Source: Sphyrna mokarran (lineage: Eukaryota). Taken from it: DNA of 64,000 nt. Within the stretch, counting starts at the first letter, position 1, and every line of letters begins with the position of its first letter. The notes under the pieces were generated by a model that saw nothing but the letters and a program-made list of their open reading frames with translations, was not told where the DNA came from and searched no databases. A program made the position numbers and the translations under genes. The stretch lies in NCBI GenBank assembly GCA_024679065.1, contig JAGIQG010000008.1:69812001-69876000 (forward strand). Direction: 5' to 3'. This document shows, one piece after another, positions 13,331 through 26,329 of this stretch.

Positions 13331-15155
13331 TCTTTTTAGTCTAAGTAAATGAAGTTTCAGGTCCCTAATACCATGCTAGTAAACCTCCTCATGCCCTCTT
13401 TAAGGCCTTGGCATTGCTACAGAAGAATAGTTCCCTCAATTACTCACAATATTCTAGCTGGGGTCTAACCAGCAATTTATAAATGGATTAGCATACTTTT
13501 CTTGTTTTTGTACACAACAGGCTCTTTTTTCCAATTTGAGTCAGAAATCAGGGCTCAACCTATTTCTAGGCTGTGTCCACCACCACAATCCTTCCCCATC
13601 AGATTCAGGACAGGCTAGAGATGGAGTTCTGGCCTCCTGAAGCAGGGATGAGGCAGGAAAGAAGGTGGGCAGTCCCAAAGGCAGCCAGGTTAATAGGACC
13701 ATCTTCATTTGCTGGAATACTGGCCAAGTTTTGTAAATGAGTGAGTCCCCTAACCTTCATCCCCTCAACCACCCCTACCTATTATGCTCCTCCCCTCCTC
13801 CCCACCCCTCCCCCTACCCTCACCTCTCCCCTCATCCAGTATCCAATATGCATGTGACTCTTGAGCCTGATAATATTGAGAAGTCTTCGAGATACCTCTG
13901 AAACTGTCATGCTTAACAAACGATTATTCAACAAGAATTTCAAAAAATGATCCTATTCAGCATCATAAAACTGTTAAGATAAACAAATTCATATCCCTCT
14001 TGACATCTGTACAGCAACCCTTGATGAACTGAATCCATTGGTAGGATTTGGAGCTCAGTCAAGTTTTCATAATGGGATTGCACCGTACAGTTGTACAAAC
14101 AAAGCTCCCAGATCTGAATACATTAAAACTTTTGAATGCATTGGAAGGCCTCAGCCATCTGTTTAATCTTAAAAGCAGAGGAACAGATGTCTGGATTGTT
14201 ATTCGATTAAAAGATTAAATCACAAAGGCAACTGACAGAGTCAAACATTGTTTGAAAGATTTAGCAATTGAAAACTGAGGACTTACAGTTACACCATGAA
14301 AAGAGCAGTTGTTACCTTAAAAGAGTTACTTAGAAAAACAAATGGATATCAACATTCAGACAGTGCAGTGTTATGCCATCCTTCATCTGAAGAAATGGGG
14401 TGGACAGGTGAATAAATAATTACATGTAATCGAAGGTGGGAATATGAGCAGGTCCTTACTGCTGATTGGTCAGGCTATCATGTTTGTAGTAAGTCAGTTC
14501 ATATTAATATTCTCACTGCTGATTGGACAACATTCATTCACTTACATTCTATGAAAGAATGGTGGTGTGTTTCTTGAGTAAGAGCAGCCAGATGTCATTG
14601 AAGAAAACATCATTGTCTTGGGGAAAGATATGGGGGTGGGAGGAAGTTTTCCTGTACAGCTTACCAGGGGAATTATAGCAGGGGTGGAGGGGGAACCATG
14701 CAAAGGTCTGTTGACATTGGGTGGATATTTTCCGGTTTTGGGGCAAGTGCCAAGGTGTTGCTAAATCTCCACCGACACCCTGACATACCTTGTTCGCCAG
14801 TGTGTGATGAATGAGATAAGTTGAGACAGAATGAGATAGGTTGAACATGAAGCAGAGGACTCCTGTGCAGTTCTTCTCTGGGGAAATTCTCTCAGGGCAA
14901 ATGACATCAAGGTAATCAGTACAAACAATATAAGGGCTCCTTAAAAGAGTAACATTACAAACTACTGCAATGCAGGCTACTCACATCTCTTGGGAAAACT
15001 CTGCAATTGACTACCCCCATGGAGGCAAGCATGGAAATTTAGCTCTGTATGTTTTAAAGACCATTTAAGACAAACTCACAACATCAAAATGCCCAAAGGA
15101 AGGCTGGGATGGGACAACTGGAGAAGTTCTCCCAAGCACCAACAATGGCAATATG

Positions 15156-15346
15156 AACAGAAAATGCTGGAAAAACTCAGCAGATCTCGCAGTACCTGTG
15201 GATGGAGAATAGAACTAACGTGTCAAGTCTGGATCTGACTCAAACATTGGCTCTATTCTCTCCCCACAAATGCTATCAGGCTTGCTGAGTTTTTCCAGCA
15301 TTTTCTGTTTTGGTTCAGGTTCCATCATCTGCAATATTTTGCCTTT
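15156..15346. mobile_element. Fold-back mini Penelope element (inverted pLTR halves)
   Basis: Inverted arms AACAGAAAATGCTGGAAAAACTCAGCA / TGCTGAGTTTTTCCAGCATTTTCTGTT; flanking imperfect direct repeat ATGGCAATATGAAC (15145-15158) / ATGGCGATATAAAC (15347-15360). Confidence 0.75.
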
Positions 15347-15877
15347 ATGGCGATATAAACTGCCAGTTCAGTGGAGGTCTTTGCCAAATCCTTCATTAGA
15401 TCCTTCAGTTCATGGGAGGATCCACAGAAGATGGTAAAATCATTTGCAGCTTAAAATACTCAGTGAGGTGTCCATCACAATTTTTCAGCCAATGAAGTCA
15501 TTTTGAAATGTCACTGCTGTAAAATGTTGGAAATACAAATACTAATATATGCATAACAAATGCTCAGCAATGTGAAAATGACCCAAAAAACTGTTTTTCT
15601 GTTGTTGATTGAGGGATAAATATTGGTATGACATAGAAACTTAGAAAATAGGAGCAGAAGTAGGGTCATTCACCTTCAAGGTGCTCCACTATTCATTATG
15701 TTCATGTCTGATCATCCAACTCAATAGCCTGATCCCACTTGTGCTTTGACTCTGTTCGTCCCAAGAGCTATATCTAACTGCTTCTTAAAAACATAAAGGC
15801 TGCAATTTTACTGGTGGAGCAAGCCAGTAAAACCACACGAGAGCCTGATTTCTCAGCTCTCCGATCTTACAGGCTCC

Positions 15878-17593
15878 TTGTGCGTGGAGCCTGAGGAGAT
15901 AGGAGAGACACTGAATGAGTATTTTACGTCAGTATTCACGCAGGAGAAAGACAATGTTGTCGGGGAGAATACTGCGATACTAGGTTGTAGACTGGGCAGG
16001 ATTGAGGTTCATAAGGAGGAGGTGTTAGCAAATCTTGAGGGTATGAAAATTGATAAGTCCCCTGGGCCAGATGGGATTTACCCCAGGATTCTCTGGGAGG
16101 CTAGAGAGGAGATTGCAGAGCCTTTGGCTTTGATCTTCATGTCGTCGTTAGCTACAGGTATAGTGCCGGAAGACTGGAGGATGGCAAATGTTGTCCCTTT
16201 GTTCAAAAAGGGGAGTAGGGACCATCCTGGAAATTATAGACCGGTGAGCCTGACTTCTGTTGTGGGCAAGGTCTTGGAAAGAATTATAAGGGATAGGATT
16301 TATAAGCAGCTAGAGAGAAATAAATTGATTAGGGATAGTCAGCACGGTTTTGTGAAGGGTAGGTCGTGCCTCACAAACCTTATTGAGTTTTTTTGAGGAG
16401 ATGACCAAAGAGGTAGATAAGGGTAAGGCAGTTGATTTAGTATATATGGATTTTAGCAAAGCGTTTGATAAGGTTTCCCATGGTAGGCTACTGCAGAAAG
16501 TGCAGATGCATGGGATTGAAGGTGATTTAGCAGTTTGGATTAGGAATTGGCTAGCTGATAGAAGACAGAGGGTGGTGGTTGATGGGAAATATTCAACCTG
16601 GAGTGCATTTACAAGTGGTGTACCTCAAGGATCTGTTTTGGGGCCACTGCTGTTTGTCATTTTTATAAATGACCTAGATGAGGGTGTAGAGGGTTGGATT
16701 AGTAAATTTGCTGACGATACCAAAGTGGGGGGAGTTGTAGACAGCGAGGATGGATGTTACAGTTTGCAGCGGGACATAGATAGGTTGCAGAGCTGGGCCG
16801 TGAGGTGGCAAATGGAATTCAATACGGATAAGTGTGAGGTGATTCACTTTGGTAGGAATAACAGGCATATGAAATATAGGGCTAATGGAAGGACCCTTAA
16901 TAGCGTTGTCGAGCAGAGGGATCTTGGGATACAAGTACATAGCTCTTTGAAAGTTGGCACCCAGGTTGATAAAGTTGTTAAGAAGGCGTACGGTGTGTTA
17001 GCTTTTATTGGTAGAGGGATTGAATTTGGGAGCCGTGAGGTTATGTTACAACTGTACAAAACTCTGGTGCGGCCGCACTTGCAGTATTGCGTACAGTACT
17101 GGTCACCGCATTATAAGAAAGATGTGGAAGCATTGGAAAGGGTGCAGAGGAGGTTTACAGGATGTTGCCTGGTATGGTGGGAAGGCCTTATGAGGAAAGG
17201 CTGAGGGACCTGAGGTTATTTTCATTAGAGAGAAGAAGGTTCCGCGGTGACCTAATTGAGGCGTATAAGATGATCAACGGACTGGATAGGGTGGATAGTG
17301 AGAACCTTTTTCCTCGGATGGTGATGACCAACACGAGGGGACATAACTTTAAATTAAGAGGTGGTAGTTATAGGACGGATGTCAGAGGCAGGTTCCTCAC
17401 ACAGAGGGTGGTGAGGGCGTGGAATGCCCTGCCTGCAGCAGTTGTGGACTCGCCTACTTTGGGGGCATTCAAATGTTCGGTGGATAGGCATATGATGATA
17501 TTGGAATAGTTTAGGTTAGAGGGTCCACTGGCCGGCGCAACATCGAGGGCCGAAGGGCCTGTACTGCGCTGTAATGTTCTATGTTCTATGTTC
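15878..17593 (+). mobile_element. CR1-clade LINE (HER1-like), 5'-truncated, relatively young
   Basis: ORFs 15878-16396, 16383-17204 and 17162-17509 join by two frameshifts into an RT with FADDTK; 3' stem-loop region and (TTCTATG)n tail. Confidence 0.95.
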
Positions 17594-18242
17594 TTACCAG
17601 CACCAGATTTCCGGCGCAGTCAACTTCCGCCCATATCTGGCGAGAGGCTGAATAATTTATTCAAATTTATGTTAAATATCATTTACATGACATTAGAACA
17701 TTGGGGTTGCATTTGTCCAGGTTCACTTACCTTTATAGTCTCGTCGGGAGAGGTTCTCTCCAGCAAGGAAAATACCCGCTCCACATGAATGCAGAAAAGT
17801 CATGTTGGCCTCGCCAGTAGAACTGAAAGCCATTGAGGCCTCCCCCAGGGAGCTTGAGGGCAAGGGGACGGTGTCAGTCTGGCACCTTGGCCATGCCCAT
17901 CAGGTAAGGGTTGGGATAATGGGATGGGGCCTGAATGGGGCAGTGCCGAAGGGAGCAGGGCCCGAAAGAGTGTGGCCAGGCAGAATGGCCTGATCAGCAA
18001 TGGAGGGGTGGCCTGCTGTGCACTGTGCTTGCAATCGGTGGGGCGAGAGAGGGAGCTGCTGCACTCTGTATAGCGATGGGTAGGAGTTCTGGCTGCTGGT
18101 CTACAACTGCAATCATTGGTCTGGGTTGCAGAGCGGGTGATATTTTCAGGCAGTGTGGGGCTCACAATCAGCCATGGGTCTCTGCAATTGCAAGAGGCAC
18201 TGGCTGGGTGAGGCTGCAACAGCAGAAGCCTAATAACTCTAG

Positions 18243-18547
18243 AAATCATAGAATAGAAATCATCGAATTCCTACAGTACAGAAAGAGGCTATTTGGCCCA
18301 TCATGTCTTTACCAACCATATTCCCACTCAGGCCCTATTCTCACATTTATCCTGCTAATCTCCCTGACACTCGAGTTAATTTAGCATGGTCAATCAATCT
18401 AACCTGCATATCTTTGACTATGGGAGGAAACCAATACAGACACAAGAAGAATGTGCAAACTCCACACAGTGACTCAAGGTCAGAATTGAACCTGGGATCC
18501 TGGCACTGTGAGGCAGCAGTGCTTACCACTGTGCCACCATGCTGCCC
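18243..18547 (-). mobile_element. HE1-like V-SINE
   Basis: Minus strand: GGGCAGCATGGTGGCACAGTGG A-box, GGTTCAATTC B-box, GTGGAGTTTGCACATTCT V-domain and a CR1-like tail. Confidence 0.85.
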
Positions 18548-19024
18548 ACGAATACGTTAGTACATTAGTACACCAGATAGGTTTTTATGGCAATGCTTTC
18601 ATGGACATCATTAGATTTTCAATTCCAAATTTTTACTGAAGTCAAATTTCACTGTCTGCCATTGTGAATCCAAAGCTTTACTCTGTGTCTACTGGATTAC
18701 TTGTCTAGTGACAATACTAATGCATCATTGGTTCCTCTATATGACTGCACTACTAGTTCCCTCTCTATGTCTCTGCCATACCTTTGCTGTTGCAATTATG
18801 CATGTGCAGCTGCAGAGATCTGCGTATGTGCAATGGCTCCCTCTACTACTACAGCAAGCTGGTTGGTGATTTAAGCCCAGCCCACTGCCTCTAATAAATA
18901 GAAACAGTCTTGCCCATTTCTTCATGCACTAAGTGTGTAAGTAAAGACTTGCCCAAAAAATGGATCTGCAACTCTCCCATTTTCATGCTAGGTCAACACT
19001 TAGAATTTTTCTTGTAAAAATCCA

Positions 19025-19255
19025 CTTATAATGTTTTAAGCTCATCTGCTTTCTGTGGTAGTGAGTTTAATAAGCATATCAATCTCCTCGTCTCAGTGCT
19101 GAAAGGTTTACTCCATATCATTAGACTATGACTCCTGGTTCTGGATACTCCCACCATTGGGAACATACTTCCTGCATTTACTCTGTTTAGTCCTGTTAAA
19201 ATTGTATAAGTTTCTACAGGATACCCCCTCGTTCTTCTGAACTCCAGACACTTGG
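19025..19255 (-). mobile_element. CR1 3' fragment
   Basis: LEFRRTRGYPVETYTILTGLNRV...TRSHSL in ORF 19026-19301. Confidence 0.8.
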
Positions 19256-19486
19256 GATAATTCTCCTGCTCTTTAAAATAGTGCCAAGAGAGGTTTGACA
19301 TCCCCCCAAGTAGACAGATAGGGTCTCAGTTTAAAGTCTCATCAGAGTAATTGCTCCTTTGACAGTGCAGCTCTTGCTCAATACTGCAATGGAGTCTCAG
19401 CCTTGATTTTTGTAGTCTGGATTGGATTGGGTCCTGAATCTCAACTTCTGAAGCAAGAGAGCTATCAACTGAGCCACAGCTGACAG
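19255..19486 (-). mobile_element. DeuSINE (SacSINE1-like) 5' part
   Basis: Minus strand begins TGTCAGCTGTGGCTCAGTTGATAGC (tRNA head), followed by Deu-domain-like TGCAGTATTGAG...TGCACTGTC...GATGAGACTTTAAAC...GGCACTATTT. Confidence 0.7.
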
Positions 19487-19959
19487 TTCAAGCATAACCA
19501 AACCCATATTTCCCTGACTCAATCAATGAACATTACCAATGAGACATTATTCATTGCCCAATACTCCCACATTACCAAATCTACAACTCAAAATAGATGC
19601 AAACCCTTTATTTTGTGCATGAGTATCAAAGGCAAATGGCAAAAGTCACATACACACACAAATTGTTCAATGAGGATACTTAAACAAACACAAATTAATA
19701 CCATAGCATTCCGGAAAAATATTATATTATATATATTATTTTACAATTGGTCCATTTATTGGTATTGATTCATAAAATAACTGGTCCATAATATGGATTT
19801 GTTAAAAAGAAAAGTTACTGCTTAATTTTACTTCACAATTGAAATGGAAAAAGTAATTGTAGTCAGCAATATATCATCTCATTGAAACAAAGCATGTTTG
19901 ACTGACTGGTAATAACAGAGCCACATGATGATTTCGACATCAAACTGTCATCAAGCGGA

Positions 19960-20290
19960 TTATTTTGAGGTCTTACACATTAAGAAAATAGAATGTCCTT
20001 GTGGTAACAGCCTATAAAGTGTCCAAATCAAGGAATCTCAGAAATGGCATTGATTGTTTTTTGTTGTCCAGTATGTTGTTCCAGACTCTCGGATAAATGG
20101 ATGAACCTGCCATCATTCTGGAACACTGCATCAGTCAGTTGTTGAATGCAGTAGACATTGCGTCTTTACCAATGCAATGTTAATCATCTCCAAGAGTCTG
20201 AAAAGACCCACTAGTGAAAACAAATAGTGATTGCTGTGATTTTAACTGACACGAGAAGAGACGTTGGAGTCAGTAAGGCTCCTCTAATAC
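19960..20290 (-). pseudogene. PIF/Harbinger transposase N-terminal remnant
   Basis: Minus-strand translation VSVKITAI..FTSGSFQTLGDD...YCIQQLTDAVFQ...FIH resembles the HARBI1 N-terminal helix (FFATGSFQ..VGD). Confidence 0.7.
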
Positions 20291-20689
20291 CTTAGTAATT
20301 ACTCTAGTTAATTTAATACTCTGATCATGTTCCCTCTTGAATACCACTGGAGAGTTAACCTTGATCAGTATTGTTTTTCCTGAGGGTGTAGCTTTCTCTT
20401 TGCTGCACCCCTGTGTGGCTGCAATTTTTCTATTCCTTTCCTGACAGCAGAATGGCTGTTGCACTGTGGTGATCACGACTGAGGTATTAAGACCAGGTCT
20501 AACTTAAACTTGTACTGCTGCTGATAAATGGAATGTAGTTCCTGTAAGGAGGCAGTAAGCCTAAGAGAAGTATTTTATTTTCAAGACACCAGAATTTTAT
20601 CTGAAAAGAATTAGTTTTTTTCACTTTTATAGAAAAACGTCAATTTCATCACCCCTATGGAGATCCTTGAGATTTTCCTTTATAGTAAC

Positions 20690-21010
20690 AGGTGCTGAGA
20701 GTTGTTTCCCCTTGTGGAAGACTTTAGGATCAGAGATCATAATCTCACACAATTAAGCCAGAGACGGGGAGGAAATACTACCTCCAGAGGGTAGTGTACC
20801 TGTGGAATTCTTTACTGCAGGGGGCTGTAGAGTCTGGGTCATTACATATTTTCAAGGGTGAGATAAATTTTTAATCAGTAAGAAAATGATTGGGAACATA
20901 ACAGAAAAGTGGAGTTGAGGATTGACACATCAGATCGGTCACGATCTCATTGAATGGTAGAACAGACTCGACGGGCCAAATGGACTATTTCTGCTCCTAT
21001 ATTTTATGGG
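20690..21010 (+). mobile_element. CR1 3' end fragment
   Basis: LFPLV, QRVVYLWNSL and 3' UTR GATCTCATTGAATGG...GGGCCAAATGG. Confidence 0.75.
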
Positions 21011-22879
21011 TCTTATCGTGGAATTACTGACATCAATTTAAAATTGCGACCAAGTGATCAAGAGCAATTTCTTTACTCAGCAATTTGATTGCTTTGTTAC
21101 AATGAATGTTTGAGAAAGAGATCACTGTACATATTAAGAGGGAAAAAAAAGTAGAAAAAATTAAATTAGGGAAACATGCAAGACTATAGATAGAGTCTGC
21201 GGGAGGGATTAGTGGAGAACCGGCATAAGTACAATAGACTAAATGGCTTCCTTCTATGCTGTAAACTTTCATTGTTCTTTGAAATTAAATTATGATCAAC
21301 TTCTTTATTTTTTTTACTTCAGAGAGAGAGCCTCCTTTGCCAGCATCTGGTGTTTGTAAGTCTTGCTCTTTTTGGCTACAGTAGAAAAACAATAATTTAT
21401 TGAACATGTTTTCCCTCACATGCTGATAACACATCAGAAAATATCATTGAATTTTGTGTTTCAAATGCCAAATTGTGTCTTCCCTCAATGCCTAACAATT
21501 GTATTGTTGATTTTATAAAATGTGTGAAAATCAAATGAATTTTAAAATTTCTTTTTCGGACGGTGATGACATCAGCAAGGCAGTATTTATTGCCCATCTT
21601 TAGTTTTCCCAAGAATGTGGTGTCTAAGTTTTTAGTGATTCTTTTACAAGAACTTTATAACATAGTACCAGTCTGATTTAGTATGGGAATGGCTTCAGAT
21701 AGCCCAGACTGAATAGGGATAGTAAGTTCCCTCTCTGAAAAACACTGGTGTACCAAGTGCATTCTTATAACAATTCTGCAGCTTTCATGGTTACTTTTAA
21801 AATGATGTTCCACATGAAAGTTATTACCAACTTATTTTTGTTTTCAAGTAGAGAATTTATTCAACAGGGACAGAAAAATGCTAGTTTATAACATCTGGGT
21901 CTGGGTTATCCACTATTATACATTTGGTTTGAAATATAGTGACAGCAAACCAGGACAAATAGAGGACGTGAAGCTTGCCATCAGGTCTCAGCCCAAGGCC
22001 CTTGACTAACAGCTGCAATTAGAAATAGTTGGGATCAGGAGTCGGGGGAGGAGGGGGTTGTAGAAAATAGAAGTAAGAAAAGGTCATTCAAGGCTGCTCC
22101 ACCATTCATTTTGATCGTGGCTGATCATCAAATTCAATATCATGATCCTTCCTCCCTTCCTCATATCCGTGGTGGTACTGGTGCTGATGAGGGTTATGGT
22201 TAGGGGAAATGGATGACATTTTAATGTATTTTCCACTGTATTGCCAGTCAAGATCATCAGAGAAGTGTGGCCGCAAGACCACAAGCAGTTCTGGGAAGAT
22301 TTGTTGTACCCACCACCTTTCTGATGCAGGATCATTCAGAACTCTTTCATAGAAATGTTTGTAAACCTTTAAGTGTCTTTTGCCGCCAAGAAAATTCAAA
22401 TGGTTCAACTCCCCGCAACCACCACCACCCCCACCCCCATCCCCCCGCCTGCCCGCCCGCCCACCTCTGCAGCAGCCCTGGGTTTCCCTGGCTGGGCCTG
22501 GCTGCAAAGAGTGAAGTACCATCAGCAGCCTATTCTATAGGCAGAATCTTCCTCTGGTGTTGTGGGTCTCGATAGCGGAGCTCGAAGTGTGCTCATAGGC
22601 AGGACAGCCGGCCATATGTAGCCAGCCAATCAGTTATTCCTGCACAAAGAACCTGGGCAATCATGTGGCAGGATGGATAAAAAATCACCAACCCTACAAC
22701 TAATTCATAGAATCAAAATTCTTGGCTCCACATTTGAAGGACACCCAGACAAACATTCATTCCCTGTAATCCTGCACCATCAGTGTTGTTATAGCTGCTG
22801 CTGGAATCACTTGATCTTTTCCACCCTGTGGAAAACCAAATGCTACTATCAGCCATCTCAAAGTGGACAACGTGTGTCC

Positions 22880-23045
22880 CCAACCCCAACCCTGGCCATT
22901 CAGCAATGTCTCCCTGCAAGTACTCCTCCAGGCCATCTGGGAATGATGGCAGTAGGTGCTCTTCCCTAAAGATGGCAGCAGGATGCCCTCCTGTCCAACC
23001 CAGACACCCTGGATGGAGGTAGCAGTGGAGGTTAGCAGCCTGAGG
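22880..23045 (+). pseudogene. Harbinger ORF2 Myb/SANT-like DNA-binding protein remnant
   Basis: LQVLLQA...VLFPKDGSRMPSCPTQTPWMEVAVEVSS fits the Myb/SANT W..VA..V helix of Harbinger accessory proteins. Confidence 0.6.
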
Positions 23046-23902
23046 AGTCCACAGCAGAAATTGGGTCCAGTAGAGGAATCTTCTGCACTCTGCAAGTGTA
23101 AGTGGCTGTCACTTAAAGTGGAACTCAGATGGGAATTAAGCAATGCAAATGTGCAAGTGAAGAATGTAATGACTTTAACAATGCCCACAATGTGGATCAC
23201 CTAGAATACGAGATTCCATTTAGCGTGGAGGTCACCGGAGCTGTCAGAGGCATTTATCTCAAAGCATTTATGCATCCATTGGGTTGGCACATAATCCTTC
23301 TGCCTGGCTGCAGGACTGAGTTTACAACATGAGAGAATGCTTGAGTGGAAGTGTTCCTAGAATCTTGATCCTCTGCATAAGAGGAGCCTAAAGAATTAGC
23401 CATGGAGAAATGAAGAAGATCCTGCCCAAATGGAGAGGCTGGAATTTCAGAACATTTGGGTGAGGATATTTCCAAACTAGTGTTGACAACTGGGCACCCA
23501 GGAATAACGAAAAATCTATTAATGGGAAAAGGGATTGAGCTAATAATTTTTGCTCTCCACTGCAGGTACTTGCAGTAAAAGGAAATGGAAGAAGTATTTT
23601 TCACCTTCATCTCTGAGGATGATTAGATGGAATACTCAGAGGATGCACTCTCACATTCTCCTTCTGTACCTTCCATTAGCACAGAGACTTTTACTCCTGT
23701 GGTTACGTATTCACAGTTAGACTCGGCTGGGTGGTGATGGAGTGGGGGGGGAAGTCACAATCTGATAAGCACAGGCTTGTCTCCACAGCTGATGGAGTAT
23801 TTGGCAGATAAGGTCCTCTGATAATTGAAGGACGCTGGAGACCAGGCCTGTTCTGAGCCCCATGCTGATGATGTGCCTCTGGAATTGGCCATAGAAACCT
23901 GA

Positions 23903-24236
23903 TAACAAAGAACAAAGAACAACACAGCACGGGAAACAGGCCCTTCGGCCCAACGAGCCCGCGCCGCCATCCTAACGTCTTAATGACATATAGAGACCAA
24001 TATAGGGACAATTTGTTACCCAATCAGCCTAAGAGCACATTTTTGGGATGTGGGAGGAAACCGGAGCACCCGGAGAAAACCCACGCAACCACGGGGAGAA
24101 CGCGCAAACTCCTGCAGACACAGGCCCAAATCCATGTGTCTGCACAGCAACAGCGATAGTCTCTGAGCTGTCATGTTGCCCATCTGATGGTCCAGTTTAA
24201 GCATACACTAACGACATGAAGCACTAGGCCACTCCT
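23903..24236 (-). mobile_element. V-SINE variant with atypical head, copy 1
   Basis: Clear V-domain (GGAGTTTGCGCGTTCTCCCCGTGG..CCGGGTGCTCCGGTTTCCTCCCAC) and CR1 tail GGGCCGAAGGGCCTG..(TTCTTTG)n; head shared with 43018-43396. Confidence 0.8.
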
Positions 24237-26119
24237 GAAGTAACCTCCAGGAGCAGCCCTCGCACGACCTGCCGAATGCATGCACCTGATGGAGATGCAA
24301 AGACAGAAAAAGGATCATTTGGTAGAAATGCCCGAGACCTTGAGTGGAAGGTGAAGCAGTTCATCCAGTGTTTTGAGTACTTTCATGTCTCCTGCATCTG
24401 AGCACTTGTCTTCCTCCACATAGAGTATCATGGAGAGCCAGGCTCAGCGATCAATTAATGAAGCTATTCTTTCCCAGCAATCAGCAGTTAGGAAGAAGGG
24501 ATCTCATTGGCTATATTGTATACAGAACTACTGTAAATACTAGAGGACTATGTGTACCCTGCAACCTCAATGTAACAACAAGTCATCAAGGCAACAAGGA
24601 CCACAGGAATGACACTCTCTGAACATCACTCAAATGAACAGCCAATATGAAGGTGCACACTTTCCATTAAGAGACATGTATGATTTAAAGATAAATATGC
24701 GATGTATCTGCAAATACAGATTAGTAGAAGAAACAATTGCTAAAGCAAGAGAACAGGGTGAGTTAATTGGCATTATGAATGCAAATGTATCCTTTGTTCA
24801 CTCAGAAAAGAGACATCACTGTATATTTTGTTAGCTATGAAAAGGGGGATGTTTGGATGATGAAATGTAGCCCATCTGATTGACACGCCTGATTTTTTGT
24901 AATCATGTGGCTATGCCAAGAGGCTGCCTCTGGAAACAGACAACTTAAATAGTTCAATAAAGCCTCTCACTAAGCTAAGACACTGAGGAAGACTATAATT
25001 TTTACACATGAAACACCTTTCAAATACAAATGTATGTGGCTTCCATGAAAACATGCATTGAGACCTGAGGTCGCAGGAATGTACATTGGTCTGGAAAAAG
25101 TGATCCATTCAGCTGATATTTCTATTGCAGCTTTTATTGAGAGGGTAATCAAGAGATTTTTCAAGGGTTTCTTGTCAGAATCTAATTTCAATGAGGGTAC
25201 CAAGGACCTGTCTGGCATTGGCATCTGCAGTTGTAACTGAAGTATCCACACCTCATGACCATAAGGCTCTCCCCTTCTTCCTCATCTGAGGAGGCATCCA
25301 CCTCCTGACAGAAAGTTCTTCACCTTTTTGTTGTATGTTGTACGATGATAATTATATCTGAACAACTCCTGGCCTGAAAATTAGCTTTATGAGTGTTGGG
25401 TCTCATTCCCTTGGAAGAACATGTAATGTCACAGATATTAAAGTTATCATTTGTTAAGTTTTTCTGTTTTTCTCATTCTTTTCTCTCTATAGTCTTTATT
25501 TCTGTTCTTCTACAAAGATCTTAATCTAGTTTGTATATCCCGCTTCATTACTTCCTACTATGAGAGATTGATTGCCGGAATTTTCCCAGACCACTGGCAA
25601 AAGTTTGGGAAGTGGGAATGCTGACAGAAGGTGGAAGAAGGCATTGAGAGGGGTGTCTGACATCTACTCACTGCCATGGCATACTGCCAGCAACATGAAC
25701 CTGTCTTTCAGATAGAAAATTGAAAAACTTAATTTGGTTATATCCCATCCTCAAAGGCATTTCTCTGTGTAGGAAGGCCCATTGCTACAGAGGGTTGGTG
25801 AGGCAGAAGAAACTGCGAAGTGATTCCTTGCAATCTCCCAGCAGTCTCCTGGCACGTCCTTGATGGCTTGCCGTAACCCATGGAGGATCCCACAACAGTA
25901 ATGGCTAAAATAACTGATCACTGTTGCACCATGATACCATTCCTCCACCAATCATCAGGCCTGCAAAACAGTATTATCAAATCCTAACACCAGCCTTGCT
26001 GTACTGGTAAACCTCAGGACCTCTCTCATTGCTCCTAAAGCCCATTATCCACTCCCATCATGCAAACTTCAGGATTTTCACTGTAATGTTGTGTAATTGC
26101 ATTATCCCATACTATGCTA

Positions 26120-26325
26120 TTAGGTGGTGATGCAGTGATGTTGTCACTAGACTTGTAATCGAGAGACCAAGGATAATTTTCTGGGAACTCTGGTTCACAT
26201 CCCACTGTGGCAGCACCATTTGAATTCAATAAAAATCTGAAGTTAAAAGCAAATGATAACACTATTGCAATAGCCCATCTTGTTCACTAATGTCCTTTAG
26301 GGAAGGAAATCTGCCGTCCTTACCT
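26120..26325 (+). mobile_element. tRNA-derived SINE of a second family
   Basis: Degenerate A/B boxes (GGTTCACATCCC); a related reverse copy lies at ~18580-18730. Confidence 0.55.
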
Positions 26326-26329
26326 ATCC

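Noticed and set aside
15215-15255. Possible hammerhead at the centre of the 15156 fold-back
   Set aside because: The CUGANGA core is absent; only stem II/III remnants remain.
17800-18384. Overlapping 149-aa ORFs on both strands
   Set aside because: GC-rich interior of a non-autonomous element running into a SINE; no domain motif.
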